From Acidimicrobiia bacterium (GTDB lineage: Bacteria > Actinomycetota > Acidimicrobiia > IMCC26256 > PALSA-555), in assembly GCA_022865365.1 (NCBI GenBank), contig JALHSW010000244.1, positions 1 through 37,367 of the forward strand: 37,367 bases of DNA, in the 5' to 3' direction. Each line of letters starts with the position of its first letter. Position 1 is the first letter of the stretch. Position numbers and translations under genes: made by a program. The notes below the pieces were generated by a model. That model had not been told where the DNA came from and made no database searches. It was given only the letters and a program-made list of their open reading frames with translations. Positions 26,701 to 35,357 of this stretch are shown piece after piece.

Positions 26701-27803
26701 GCGACTCGCGTTCCCTCACCGTGCGACCCCTCGAAGGGCTGCGGGTCCTCGAGGTCGCGACGCTCTACGCGGCGCCGCAGATCGGGGCGATGCTCGGCGA
26801 CCTGGGTGCCGACGTCGTGAAGGTCGAGCCCCCGACCGGTGACCCGATGCGGCGCATGGGCCGCCCGGCCGTGTGGGACCTGGTCTCCCGGCACAAGCGC
26901 TCCATCGTCCTGGACCTCGAACCCGGTCGATCGCCCGACGACTCCGCCACGTTCGACGCGCTCGTGGCCGCGGCCGACGTGCTCGTGGAGAACCTCACAC
27001 CCTCGCTCCGCACCCGGTGGGCCTGCACGTACGAGGAGCTGGTCGCGCGCAACCCGGCGCTCGTCGTCGTGAGCGTCAGCTGCTTCGGCGCCACCGGTCC
27101 GTACGCCGACCGTCCGGGTGCGGGCACTCTGGCCGAGGCGTTCGCGGGACTCACGCACATGACGGGGGAAGCCGACGGTCCACCGATGCTGGCGTCGGTG
27201 GCGATCGGCGACACGGTCACCGCGTTCTCCGGTGTGATCGGAGCGCTGGCCGCGTGCTGGTCACGCGACGCACGCGGCGGGACCGGATCCCACGTCGACG
27301 TCAGCATGTACGAACCGATCCTCGCGATCATGGCCGGAACCCTCGCCGGTTGGGACGGCGCCGGCGAACCGCCACGACGCAACGGGAGCCGAGTGCCCGG
27401 CGGCTCGCCCCGGAACGTCTACCGGACGAGCGACAACCGCTACGTCGCAGTCTCGGGCACCACGGACAAGCAGGTCGCCCGCGTGCTCGCGGCCATCGGG
27501 CACGACACCTCGGTCGACCACGCGCGGTTCGGGCGCGCGGTCGACCGCCTATCGGCAAGCGACGAGCTCGATGCGCTCGTCGCGGAGTGGATCGGTGCAC
27601 ATTCTCGCGACGAGGTGATGCGAGCGTTGCTCGATGCCAGAGTGCCGGTAGCGCCGGTGAACGACGCGCGGGACATCCTCGAAGATCCCCACATCGCTTC
27701 GCGCGGAGGGATCGTCACCCCCGCAGCGGGTGCGGAGCTCGATGCGCACCGTCGCGACGTGCTGACCGACTGGCTCGGGGCCGCGGCGACCGGGACGAGC
27801 TAG
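26697..27803 (+). CDS. CaiB/BaiF family III CoA-transferase
   Basis: PLEGLRVLEVATLYAAPQIGAMLGDLGADVVKVEPPTGDP is the classic family III N-terminus. TTG 26697 overlaps the cupin stop (TTGA); GTG 26721 is an alternative start. Confidence 0.85.
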   Translation: MSDSRSLTVRPLEGLRVLEVATLYAAPQIGAMLGDLGADVVKVEPPTGDPMRRMGRPAVWDLVSRHKRSIVLDLEPGRSPDDSATFDALVAAADVLVENLTPSLRTRWACTYEELVARNPALVVVSVSCFGATGPYADRPGAGTLAEAFAGLTHMTGEADGPPMLASVAIGDTVTAFSGVIGALAACWSRDARGGTGSHVDVSMYEPILAIMAGTLAGWDGAGEPPRRNGSRVPGGSPRNVYRTSDNRYVAVSGTTDKQVARVLAAIGHDTSVDHARFGRAVDRLSASDELDALVAEWIGAHSRDEVMRALLDARVPVAPVNDARDILEDPHIASRGGIVTPAAGAELDAHRRDVLTDWLGAAATGTS

Positions 27804-28666
27804 GGCTGCTCGTCGGATCGGAGCGCGACGCCCGGCACGCGACCGTCGACGTCCGTGAAGCCGTAGGCCTCGGCAAGGGCGGCAACGGTCGGCGTCGTGC
27901 CGCTCCGTTGCATCACCGCGGGGTCGGTGGCGAGCGCGACCACACCGCGCCCGACGAAGCGTGGGGACTCCGCATCGGCGAGGTCGAAGGTGCCTTCGCC
28001 GGGGAGGTCGAGCACGGAGCGACCGTCGTCGGTGCGACGGGCACCGAGCTCCACGATCTCGGTGCGCACGAGGCCGGGCCACAGCGAGACGACCGCGACA
28101 CCGTGAGCCTCGAGCTCGTGGGCCATGTCGGCGGTCATCTTGTCGAGCGCCGCCTTGCCGACGCCGTACACGACGTTGTGTGCGTACTGCGTCGAACCCG
28201 AAGACGAGATGTTCGCGATGAGCCCGTGCTCGGCGGCCAGCAGCATCGGGGTCGCGAACACGGACGCGACGTAGTGCGAACGTACACCGATGTCGACGAC
28301 CTGGTCCCACGCGGCGACGGGGAGCTCCCAGAACGGCCGGCCGAGCCACGGGGCGAGGTCGATGGCGGAGTACACGTTGTTCACGAGCACGTCGAGGCGG
28401 CCCTGCTCGCGCTCCACGCGAGCGAAGAGCGCTTGGACTTGCGCGTCGTCATGGTGATCGCACGCCACGCCGACCGCGGTTCCCCCGAGCGCCTCGACTT
28501 CGGCCACGGTCTCACCGACGGTCCCGGGAATCGGTCCCGGATCGACCGTGCGCGCCGTGAGGTACACCATCGCGCCCGCCGCACCGAGCTCGAGTGCGAT
28601 CCCCTTGCCGATGCCGCGGCTGGCGCCGGTCACCACGGCGACGCGGCCCTGGAGTGATCCTGTCAT
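27800..28666 (-). CDS. Short-chain dehydrogenase/reductase (SDR)
   Basis: VVTGASRGIGKGIA (TGxxxGxG) and YGVGKAAL (YxxxK). The ATG immediately follows the upstream LLM stop. Confidence 0.9.
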   Translation of the reverse strand: MTGSLQGRVAVVTGASRGIGKGIALELGAAGAMVYLTARTVDPGPIPGTVGETVAEVEALGGTAVGVACDHHDDAQVQALFARVEREQGRLDVLVNNVYSAIDLAPWLGRPFWELPVAAWDQVVDIGVRSHYVASVFATPMLLAAEHGLIANISSSGSTQYAHNVVYGVGKAALDKMTADMAHELEAHGVAVVSLWPGLVRTEIVELGARRTDDGRSVLDLPGEGTFDLADAESPRFVGRGVVALATDPAVMQRSGTTPTVAALAEAYGFTDVDGRVPGVALRSDEQP

Positions 28667-29824
28667 TCAGGTGAGACCCTTCTCGGCCTGCTCCTTGGCG
28701 TGGTCCTCGACCGCCTTGCCGATCGCGTTCGTCGCTGCGGTGACGAAACGGCCTCCGGAGCCGACGATCCAGTCGTACGACGCCTGCACCGGCTCGAGCT
28801 GGCCCTGGAAGTGCGGCATCACGTAGCGGGCGAACAGCTCGTAGCTACGGCGCGTCGCTTCCGGATCGGCCCATTCGTGCCCGAACAGCAGGAACGTCCC
28901 GAACCCACCCGACTGCTCCACAAGGCGCTCGATCTGGCGTACCGCGTCGTCGGGCGTGCCGATGATCGCGAAGCCGTTCGTATCGCAATGCTCGATGATG
29001 GTCGCGACGTCGTCGCCTTCGCCGACCGGGCTCGTCGGCAGCACATGGCGGAAGTAGCGGCCGAACTCCACGACTCCGAACTCGACGTCGCGCCGAGCCT
29101 GCTCCTTGGTGGTCGCGAGGTGCATCGGGCCGACGAGGCGCCACTTCGCCCGGTCGGCGCGCTGGCCGAACTCTGCGGCGCGCTGCTCCATGACGTCCCA
29201 GTGCGCTCCGAGGATGTCGAAGCCGGCGTCGGTCGTCGCGCCCACCGAGAGCAGTCCGAGGCCGTAGCGGCCGGCACTGCGGGGCCCGGCGGGGGAGATG
29301 GACGCGGCGACGGCGATGTCGATGCCGCCGGGCGAGTACGGCGCGAGCTGGAGTCGTGCGTCGTTGATCTCGAACCAGTCGGTCTTGGCCGTGACCGTCT
29401 CACCGCGGAGCAGGCTCACCACGACGTCGAGGGCTTCCTCCATGCGCGGGCGCTGGGTGTCGGGTGGGATGCCGAGCATGTGCGCGTCGGAGGTGAGCTG
29501 GCCCGGACCGCAGCCGAGCATCGCCCGCCCGCGGGTCAGATGGTCGAGCAGCATGAAGCGATCGGCGAGCAGCAGCGGGTGGTGGTACGGGAGCGAGTTC
29601 ACGCCGCTGCCGAGCCGGATGTGATGGGTCCGCTCGGCGGCAGTGGCGATGAAGACCTCGGGTGAAGCGATGATCTCGAAGCCGCCCGAGTGGTGCTCGC
29701 CGATCCACGCCTCGTCGAAGCCGAGCCGGTCGAGTTGCTGGATCAGCTCGAGGTCTCGCTCGATCGCGAGCGTCGGGTTCTGCCCGACGTCGTGGAACGG
29801 TGCCATGAACATGCCGAATCGCAT
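28667..29824 (-). CDS. LLM-class flavin-dependent monooxygenase (LimB/alkanal-monooxygenase-like)
   Basis: MRFGMFMAPFH..FDEAWIGEHHSGGFE..RLGSGVNSLPYHHP. ATG 29824; the upstream part of track ORF ..30103 overlaps the next gene. Confidence 0.85.
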   Translation of the reverse strand: MRFGMFMAPFHDVGQNPTLAIERDLELIQQLDRLGFDEAWIGEHHSGGFEIIASPEVFIATAAERTHHIRLGSGVNSLPYHHPLLLADRFMLLDHLTRGRAMLGCGPGQLTSDAHMLGIPPDTQRPRMEEALDVVVSLLRGETVTAKTDWFEINDARLQLAPYSPGGIDIAVAASISPAGPRSAGRYGLGLLSVGATTDAGFDILGAHWDVMEQRAAEFGQRADRAKWRLVGPMHLATTKEQARRDVEFGVVEFGRYFRHVLPTSPVGEGDDVATIIEHCDTNGFAIIGTPDDAVRQIERLVEQSGGFGTFLLFGHEWADPEATRRSYELFARYVMPHFQGQLEPVQASYDWIVGSGGRFVTAATNAIGKAVEDHAKEQAEKGLT

Positions 29825-29844
29825 GACGGCATCGTAGGACGTGG

Positions 29845-30549
29845 TCAGGGAAGCTGGCCGTGGATCCAGGTGTCGAGGGCCGGTCCGCTCTCGAGGCTGG
29901 TGATCAGCGCGTAGCGGGTGGTGCCGCTCGGGTTGCTGACGACGTGCCAGAGCCGCTGCGTGTCGACGACGAAGCGCGCCCCCCGGTGCAACGGCACCTG
30001 CACTTCGGTGCTCTGGTCGGGAAGCCCGTCGGGTCCCTGCTCCATGAGGATCATCGAGGCGCCCGGGTTGTCGGTGAGCTCGATCCACTGGCGCACGACC
30101 CAACCCTCGTCGTCGGGGTTGAAGCGGTTGTTGTCGTCGCGATGCAGGCTACGCAGCGACTGCTCGTAGTCCTGGGGCTCGAGCTTGATCACGCGCACGC
30201 GCCCGAAGTCGGCACCGGTTGCGTTGACGTGGTCGACGAGCGACGGGCATTTCGGCGCGTTCGACGTCCACTTCCCGCCCTTGTCGGCCCGCTCCTCGCC
30301 CGGCTTCCAGAAGCCGCGGCACTCGAGCTCGCCGTCAGCGGTTGCGATCGGTGCGAAGTTGGTGTCGCCGCCACTCTTCCAGTCCATGTACTCGAGGGGG
30401 AGGAACTCCTCCTCGGGCACGGGCGGGTCGAGGTCGGAGAGGATCACGAACCCGCGCTCGGCCATCACGTCGAGGCGGACATGGGGCGACTCGAGTGGGA
30501 TCTCCGTCGACCAGTGGGGAAGCTTGAGGTAGTCGGCGACCTGAACCAT
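29845..30549 (-). CDS. Hypothetical protein, possibly an aspartyl/asparaginyl beta-hydroxylase-like cupin (Fe(II)/2OG-type)
   Basis: LHRDDNN...VRQWIELTD...PLHRGARFVVDTQRLWHVVSNPSGTTRYALI resembles the HxD...H and Arg pattern of AspH-like domains. The N-terminal about 120 aa are unrecognised. Confidence 0.45.
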   Translation of the reverse strand: MVQVADYLKLPHWSTEIPLESPHVRLDVMAERGFVILSDLDPPVPEEEFLPLEYMDWKSGGDTNFAPIATADGELECRGFWKPGEERADKGGKWTSNAPKCPSLVDHVNATGADFGRVRVIKLEPQDYEQSLRSLHRDDNNRFNPDDEGWVVRQWIELTDNPGASMILMEQGPDGLPDQSTEVQVPLHRGARFVVDTQRLWHVVSNPSGTTRYALITSLESGPALDTWIHGQLP

Positions 30550-30664
30550 GGCTCTCAGTGTAGGGATCGGTGGCGCGGAGTCATCCCCTTCGGCCGAAGA
30601 TGTGACAAAGGTCCCGTATGGCGCCGTGAGTCATCCGCTCGATCGGGCTCGCGGTCGGCCGTGT

Positions 30665-31144
30665 TCACGGCGAGCTCGTGCTCGGCAGGCCGCCCGAGAG
30701 GGGATCGACGCGCAGGCGCACGAGGCGCGACGACTTGATGCGCCACGCCCCGTCCTCCCGCACGTACTCGTCGTGGTAGTGGCCGTACCCCCGCAGGCCC
30801 TGGCCGGAATCGGCCGGGAGCTCGACATAGTCCTCCAGCGGCCAGATGCCCGACGCGGTGTCGGGACCGGTGACGTCGAGCTCGGGCGCGTGGCCCATGT
30901 GCACGGTGCGCGCGTCGGCCAGCACCTCGGCGAGGAAGTCGACGATCGTGTCGCGCCCGTCGTTCACGAAACCATCGATGTCGAGGTGGGCGTCGGTCGC
31001 GAACACGCTGCGCAGCTCGTCCCAGCTCTTCGTGTCGAGGCAACGCCAGTACCGGGCCTTGAGGCTCTGGAGCTCGGCCAGATCGATGAGCCGTTGCGTG
31101 TCGTCCAGCTTCCGAGGGTCTTCCGGCTGCCGAGGGTCTTCCAC
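30665..31144 (-). CDS. SnoaL-like / NTF2-fold protein
   Basis: IDLAELQSLKARYWRCLDTKSWDELRSVFATDAHLD is the typical SnoaL_4 N-terminus. The only plausible start is GTG 31144. The rest of track ORF ..32209 is antisense to the ADH gene. Confidence 0.65.
   Translation of the reverse strand: MEDPRQPEDPRKLDDTQRLIDLAELQSLKARYWRCLDTKSWDELRSVFATDAHLDIDGFVNDGRDTIVDFLAEVLADARTVHMGHAPELDVTGPDTASGIWPLEDYVELPADSGQGLRGYGHYHDEYVREDGAWRIKSSRLVRLRVDPLSGGLPSTSSP
31106..31141 (-). repeat. In-frame 18-bp tandem duplication at the extreme 5' end of the SnoaL-like gene (EDPRQP/EDPRKL)
   Basis: Plus strand reads cagcttccgagggtcttc|cggctgccgagggtcttc. Confidence 0.8.
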
Positions 31145-31183
31145 CGAGACGGACAGTAGGCCCTGCGGCGTAGGCTCGCCGCC

Positions 31184-32266
31184 GTGCAAGCGGTGGTGGC
31201 CCGACGGCGCCAGCTCGTCGTCGAAGAGATCGACGACCCCGTCCCGGAGACCGGCGACACGCTCGTCGCGGTGCGGGCGTGCGGGATCTGCGGTTCCGAT
31301 CTGCACACCCTCGACCATGCTGAGCACCTCGCCGAGGTCGGGGCCGCGATGGGCACCGATCTCGCGTTCGATCCGGTTGCCGACTACGTGCTCGGCCACG
31401 AGTGGTGCGCCGAGGTGCTCGAGCTCGGGCCCGGGAGCGGGGACGGGTCGATCGAGCCCCCGATCAAACCGGCGATCAGGCCGGGTGATCTGGTCGTGTC
31501 GGTGCCGTACCTCCTGCGGGGCGAGGCGCTGATCCCGCTCGGCTTCTCCAACGATCTTCCGGGCGGCTTCGCGGAGCGGATGCTGCTCAGCACTGCGCTG
31601 TGCCTGCCGGTGCCGAACGGTCTCGATCACCGACGTGCCGCGCTCACCGAGCCGATGGCAGTGGGCTTGCACACGCTGGCGCGGGCAGGACTGTGTGACG
31701 GTGATGCCGCCGTCGTGATCGGGTGCGGACCCATCGGGCTGGCGATCATCGCCTGGTTGGCCGCGCGCGGCGTCGAGACGATCGTCGCCGGTGACTTCTC
31801 CGAGCAGCGTCGTGCGCTCGCGTCGGCGATGGGGGCGCACGAGGTCGTCGACCCGCGCGAAGAGCCGGTGGTCGACGCGTGGCGGCGTGTCGACGGCCTG
31901 CGCCCGCTGGTGCTCTTCGAGGCGGTCGGTGTGCCGGGCATGCTCGATCAAGCGGTCTTCGACGCACCCGCACGGAGCCGTATCGTCGTCGCCGGCGTGT
32001 GCATGCAACCCGATACCTTCCGGCCACTTATCGCGGTGGTGAAGGAGCTCGACCTCCACTTCGTGTACGCGTACGACCCCGACGAGTTCGCGGCGACGCT
32101 GCGCGCGATCGCGGAGGGCGACGTTGATGTGACCCCGCTGATCACCGGCACCGTCGGGTTCGAGGGAGTCGCCGACGCGTTCACGACGCTCCGGCGCGCC
32201 GACCAGCACGTCAAGGTCCTCGTCGAGCCGGGCGGTCCGGCGTCACTGACAGGCGTGCAGCTATGA
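31184..32266 (+). CDS. Zinc-dependent alcohol dehydrogenase (MDR family)
   Basis: CGICGSDLH zinc motif, VIGCGPIGL Rossmann motif, GTG start. Confidence 0.85.
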   Translation: MQAVVARRRQLVVEEIDDPVPETGDTLVAVRACGICGSDLHTLDHAEHLAEVGAAMGTDLAFDPVADYVLGHEWCAEVLELGPGSGDGSIEPPIKPAIRPGDLVVSVPYLLRGEALIPLGFSNDLPGGFAERMLLSTALCLPVPNGLDHRRAALTEPMAVGLHTLARAGLCDGDAAVVIGCGPIGLAIIAWLAARGVETIVAGDFSEQRRALASAMGAHEVVDPREEPVVDAWRRVDGLRPLVLFEAVGVPGMLDQAVFDAPARSRIVVAGVCMQPDTFRPLIAVVKELDLHFVYAYDPDEFAATLRAIAEGDVDVTPLITGTVGFEGVADAFTTLRRADQHVKVLVEPGGPASLTGVQL

Positions 32267-32314
32267 GCGGGACGCGCCTGGCGGGCAAGGGCGCGGTCGT
32301 CGCGGGACTCGGGC

Positions 32315-33130
32315 CTAGGAGTCGGCGTGTCCGGGCGCCGTCCGGTACCAGTAGCCGTGGTGGCGCGTGAAGCGGGCACGTTCGTAGAGGCCACGGGCCG
32401 CGTCGTTGTCGGTCTCGACCTGCAGGTACATGCGGTCGGCTCCACCTCCTTCGCCCCAGCGCGCGAGCTCGCAGAGCAGCGCTCGCGCCACGCCGCGACG
32501 GCGGTGCGCGGGATGCGTCTTCATCGAGAACACGCCGACCCAGCCCCGCTCGCGCACTCCGAGCGCGACACCGATCCCGGGGATCGCGAGCGCGAGGACG
32601 TCGGGGCCCACCCGGCGTAGGAGCGCTCGGTAGGCGTCGCCGTAGAGCTCGACCGGGCGATCGCTCGTGTCGCAGTCGCGCCACGTCGCGACCCAGCGCT
32701 CGTCGGGGAAGGGATGGCGCTCGACGGCCTGCCCGTCGGGCACGTCGCCCGGGCCGTTTGGCGGCTCGTTGCACGCGGCCAGCACCGCGGCGGTCGCGGC
32801 CGTACACACGTCGACCGGTGCCTCGACCTCGTAGCCGCGTGCCGCGAGCGCGTCGTCGAGTCCGTCGGGCGCCGCGGTCGGTCCGACCTGGAGGCGCGTC
32901 GGGCGGCCGGCGCTGCGGTAGAGGTCCCCGGCAATCGCGAGGCGCTCGTCGAGATCGAGCGTGGCGCCGGCCGCGAGCGTGAGCACCGAGTTCGCTCGTC
33001 GCATCGGGACCTCGGGGGTGTGGCGAAGCACCCAACCGTCGAGGTGCCACACGGTCGCGGCCGGGATCGCGTTGGCCGCGAGCTCGTCGAGCACGGCAGA
33101 GTCGGCCGTGGGCGCCGGGTCGCCGTTCAC
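32315..33130 (-). CDS. GNAT-family N-acetyltransferase (two-lobed)
   Basis: C-terminal HRRRGVARALLCEL..YLQVETDNDAARGLYERARF. GTG 33130 overlaps the upstream stop (GTGA). Confidence 0.7.
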   Translation of the reverse strand: MNGDPAPTADSAVLDELAANAIPAATVWHLDGWVLRHTPEVPMRRANSVLTLAAGATLDLDERLAIAGDLYRSAGRPTRLQVGPTAAPDGLDDALAARGYEVEAPVDVCTAATAAVLAACNEPPNGPGDVPDGQAVERHPFPDERWVATWRDCDTSDRPVELYGDAYRALLRRVGPDVLALAIPGIGVALGVRERGWVGVFSMKTHPAHRRRGVARALLCELARWGEGGGADRMYLQVETDNDAARGLYERARFTRHHGYWYRTAPGHADS

Positions 33131-34377
33131 GAGTCGGGCCGTGACGAGTCGGACCGGAACGCGCCGGGGCCGGCGAACATCTTCCGGTGCCAACGGTCGG
33201 GCGTGAGCAGCACCGCACGCGGATAGTCCTCGAACAGCCAACGCGCGAAGTTGCGGCGCGTCCACGGGGTGAGGTCGGCGGCACGCACCGCGAGCCGGGC
33301 GCCGAGCGGCGTGCGCAACACGTGCTGCAGCGTCCGCGCGAATCGGAGGTCACGCCCGAGCGACTGCCCGACCGCGCGCCGGTAGGTGGCGGCAACCGTG
33401 CTCGGCCCGCCACCCGCGGCGATCGCACGGCCGGCGAGGATCCCCGTCTCGAGCGCCTGGGCGATGCCCTCGCCGGTCAACGGGTCGACGACGCTCGCCG
33501 CGTCACCGACGTACAAGACGCGGCCATCGGTGAGTCGGTCGGGGTCATACGACGCGGGGATCGGCCAGGCCCGGTGTACGTCCTCGGGCTCGGCACCGGC
33601 TCCGAGCACGCCGCGCAGTGAGGGGCGCGCGAGCAGATCGGGCCAGAGCTGCTTCAACTTCTTGCCGGTGACGCCGGGGCCGCGCAGGACGCCGAAGCCG
33701 ACGTTGGCGCGATTATCGGGGAGTGGGAACACCCACGCGTACCCGGGCAGGAGGTCGCGCTCGAACAGGACGAACTGGCGCCGGTCCTCGACCCCACGGA
33801 AGTACTGACGGAACGCGTGCCACGTCCCGAGGTCGGCCGGCGCGTCGGGCTCACGCAGGCGCCGCACGCGTGACCAGTGGCCGTCGGCCGCGATGACGTG
33901 GCCTGCATCGAGGTTCGTCCCGTCCGCGAGTTCGGCGCGGATGCCCGTCGCCGTGTCGGTGAGGCCGACCAGCTCGGCGCCCTCCCGGAGCTCGACGCCC
34001 GCTCCGCGTGCTCGCGCCACGAGCGCGGCGTCGAGCTCGAGGCGGGTGATCACCCCCGAGTACGAACCGGTGCTCGGCAACGGCAGCACTGCCTCGTGGC
34101 CCGATGGCGACACGCACACGGTCTCGTGCACGGCCTCGTAGCCGGGGAGCGCGGGCACGTCGACTTCGAGCCGTTCGAGCAGGCGCAGCGCCTGTGCGGT
34201 CAGCCCGTCGCCGCACGTCTTGTCGCGAGGGAAGACGGCCCGGTCGACGACGAGCACGGCGAGGCCCAGCTCCCGAGCCGTCAACGCGGCAGCCACTCCC
34301 GCCGGCCCCGCGCCGACGACCAGGACGTCCAGCTGCCCCGCTATGCCGCGTGCTGGCGTGTTGCCGGGTCCTGCCAT
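33127..34377 (-). CDS. Geranylgeranyl-reductase-family FAD-dependent oxidoreductase
   Basis: DVLVVGAGPAGVAAA dinucleotide fold, KTCGDGLT, and YVGDAASVVDPLTGEGI. GGAAGG lies upstream of ATG. Confidence 0.8.
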   Translation of the reverse strand: MAGPGNTPARGIAGQLDVLVVGAGPAGVAAALTARELGLAVLVVDRAVFPRDKTCGDGLTAQALRLLERLEVDVPALPGYEAVHETVCVSPSGHEAVLPLPSTGSYSGVITRLELDAALVARARGAGVELREGAELVGLTDTATGIRAELADGTNLDAGHVIAADGHWSRVRRLREPDAPADLGTWHAFRQYFRGVEDRRQFVLFERDLLPGYAWVFPLPDNRANVGFGVLRGPGVTGKKLKQLWPDLLARPSLRGVLGAGAEPEDVHRAWPIPASYDPDRLTDGRVLYVGDAASVVDPLTGEGIAQALETGILAGRAIAAGGGPSTVAATYRRAVGQSLGRDLRFARTLQHVLRTPLGARLAVRAADLTPWTRRNFARWLFEDYPRAVLLTPDRWHRKMFAGPGAFRSDSSRPDS

Positions 34378-34510
34378 CGCCTTCCGACGCTACGCGGCGC
34401 TCGCGTCCGGCCGGGACCCGGGCCGCGGGACGCGACCGGGCCTGGTTTCGACGCGAGCGGGTTTCGGAGGTCAGAATCTCTGGGATTCCAAGACATCCAA
34501 CGGGAGAGCC

Positions 34511-35293
34511 ATGAACATCGCCGTCTGCGTGAAGCAGATCCCCGACCCGGCCACGCCGGGCGAGCTCGACGCCGAGTCCAAGACGCTCAAGCGTGAGGGG
34601 AAGCTCATCCTCGACGAGTCCGACAGCTACGGCGTCGAGATGGCGCTGCAGCTCGCCGACGCGGCCGGAGGCGGCGAAGTCACCCTGGTGTCGATGGCTC
34701 CCAACAACGAGGTCTCAGGTCTGCGCACCGCGCTCGCGATGGGTGCAGCCAAGGCCATCCTCGTCTCCGACGAAGCGCTCGTGGGCAGCGACTCGCTCTC
34801 GACCGCGAAGGTGCTCGCCAAGGCGATCGAGCGGGTGGGGGGCATCGACCTCGTGCTCACCGCGACCGAGTCGACCGACGGCTACTCGGGGACGATCCCC
34901 GGCCAGGTCGCCGAGCTGCTCGGCTGGCCGTCGCTCACGTTCGCCAAGCACGTCGAGATCGCGGACGGCAAGGCCAAGATCCAACGTCAGACCGAAGCCG
35001 GCTACGACGTCGTCGAGGCGTCGCTTCCCGCGGTGGTGAGCGTGACCGCGGGTGTGGTCGAGCCGCGGTATCCCTCCTTCAAGGGGATCATGGCGGCGAA
35101 GAACAAGCCGGTCGACGAGGTGAAGGTCGCGGACCTGGGTCTCACGGCCGATCAGGTCGGCTGGGCCGGTGCCCGCCAGAAGATCACGAACATCGAGGCG
35201 GCGCCGGCGCGCGAGGCCGGCGAGAAGGTCGAGGACGACGGCACCGCGCACGAGCGTGTCGTGGAGTTCCTCGAGCAGCTCAAGGTCATCTAG
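34511..35293 (+). CDS. etfB: Electron transfer flavoprotein, beta subunit
   Basis: MNIAVCVKQIPD..., LVLTATESTDGYSGTIPGQVAELLGWP, and PRYPSFKGIMAAKNKP. Confidence 0.9.
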   Translation: MNIAVCVKQIPDPATPGELDAESKTLKREGKLILDESDSYGVEMALQLADAAGGGEVTLVSMAPNNEVSGLRTALAMGAAKAILVSDEALVGSDSLSTAKVLAKAIERVGGIDLVLTATESTDGYSGTIPGQVAELLGWPSLTFAKHVEIADGKAKIQRQTEAGYDVVEASLPAVVSVTAGVVEPRYPSFKGIMAAKNKPVDEVKVADLGLTADQVGWAGARQKITNIEAAPAREAGEKVEDDGTAHERVVEFLEQLKVI

Positions 35294-35331
35294 CAAGCCT
35301 TCTCCCATCAAGACCAGACAGGACCGGACGA

Positions 35332-35350
35332 GACAGGACAGGACAGGACA
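35332..35350 (+). repeat. (GACAG)n pentanucleotide microsatellite, 3.8 copies, in a purine-rich etfB-etfA spacer
   Basis: gacag gacag gacag gaca, embedded in agaccagacaggaccggacgagacagg...cacgacgag (35311-35357). Confidence 0.85.
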
Positions 35351-35357
35351 CGACGAG

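Noticed and set aside
26873-28657. 594-aa plus-strand ORF
   Set aside because: It is an off-frame read of the CoA-transferase gene and antisense to the SDR gene, with an Arg/Gly/Asp-rich translation.
30588-30599. Perfect 12-bp palindrome CTTCGGCCGAAG between the SnoaL-like and AspH-like genes
   Set aside because: It is too short and loop-less to call a terminator, and a single occurrence cannot be called an operator.
31145-32209. Upstream 355 codons of the 514-aa minus-strand ORF
   Set aside because: It is antisense to the Zn-ADH gene and Arg/Asp/His-rich. Only the C-terminal SnoaL-like part is credible.
32211-33428. 405-aa minus-strand ORF
   Set aside because: It is an Arg/Pro/Gly-rich alternative frame of the GNAT and geranylgeranyl-reductase-like genes.
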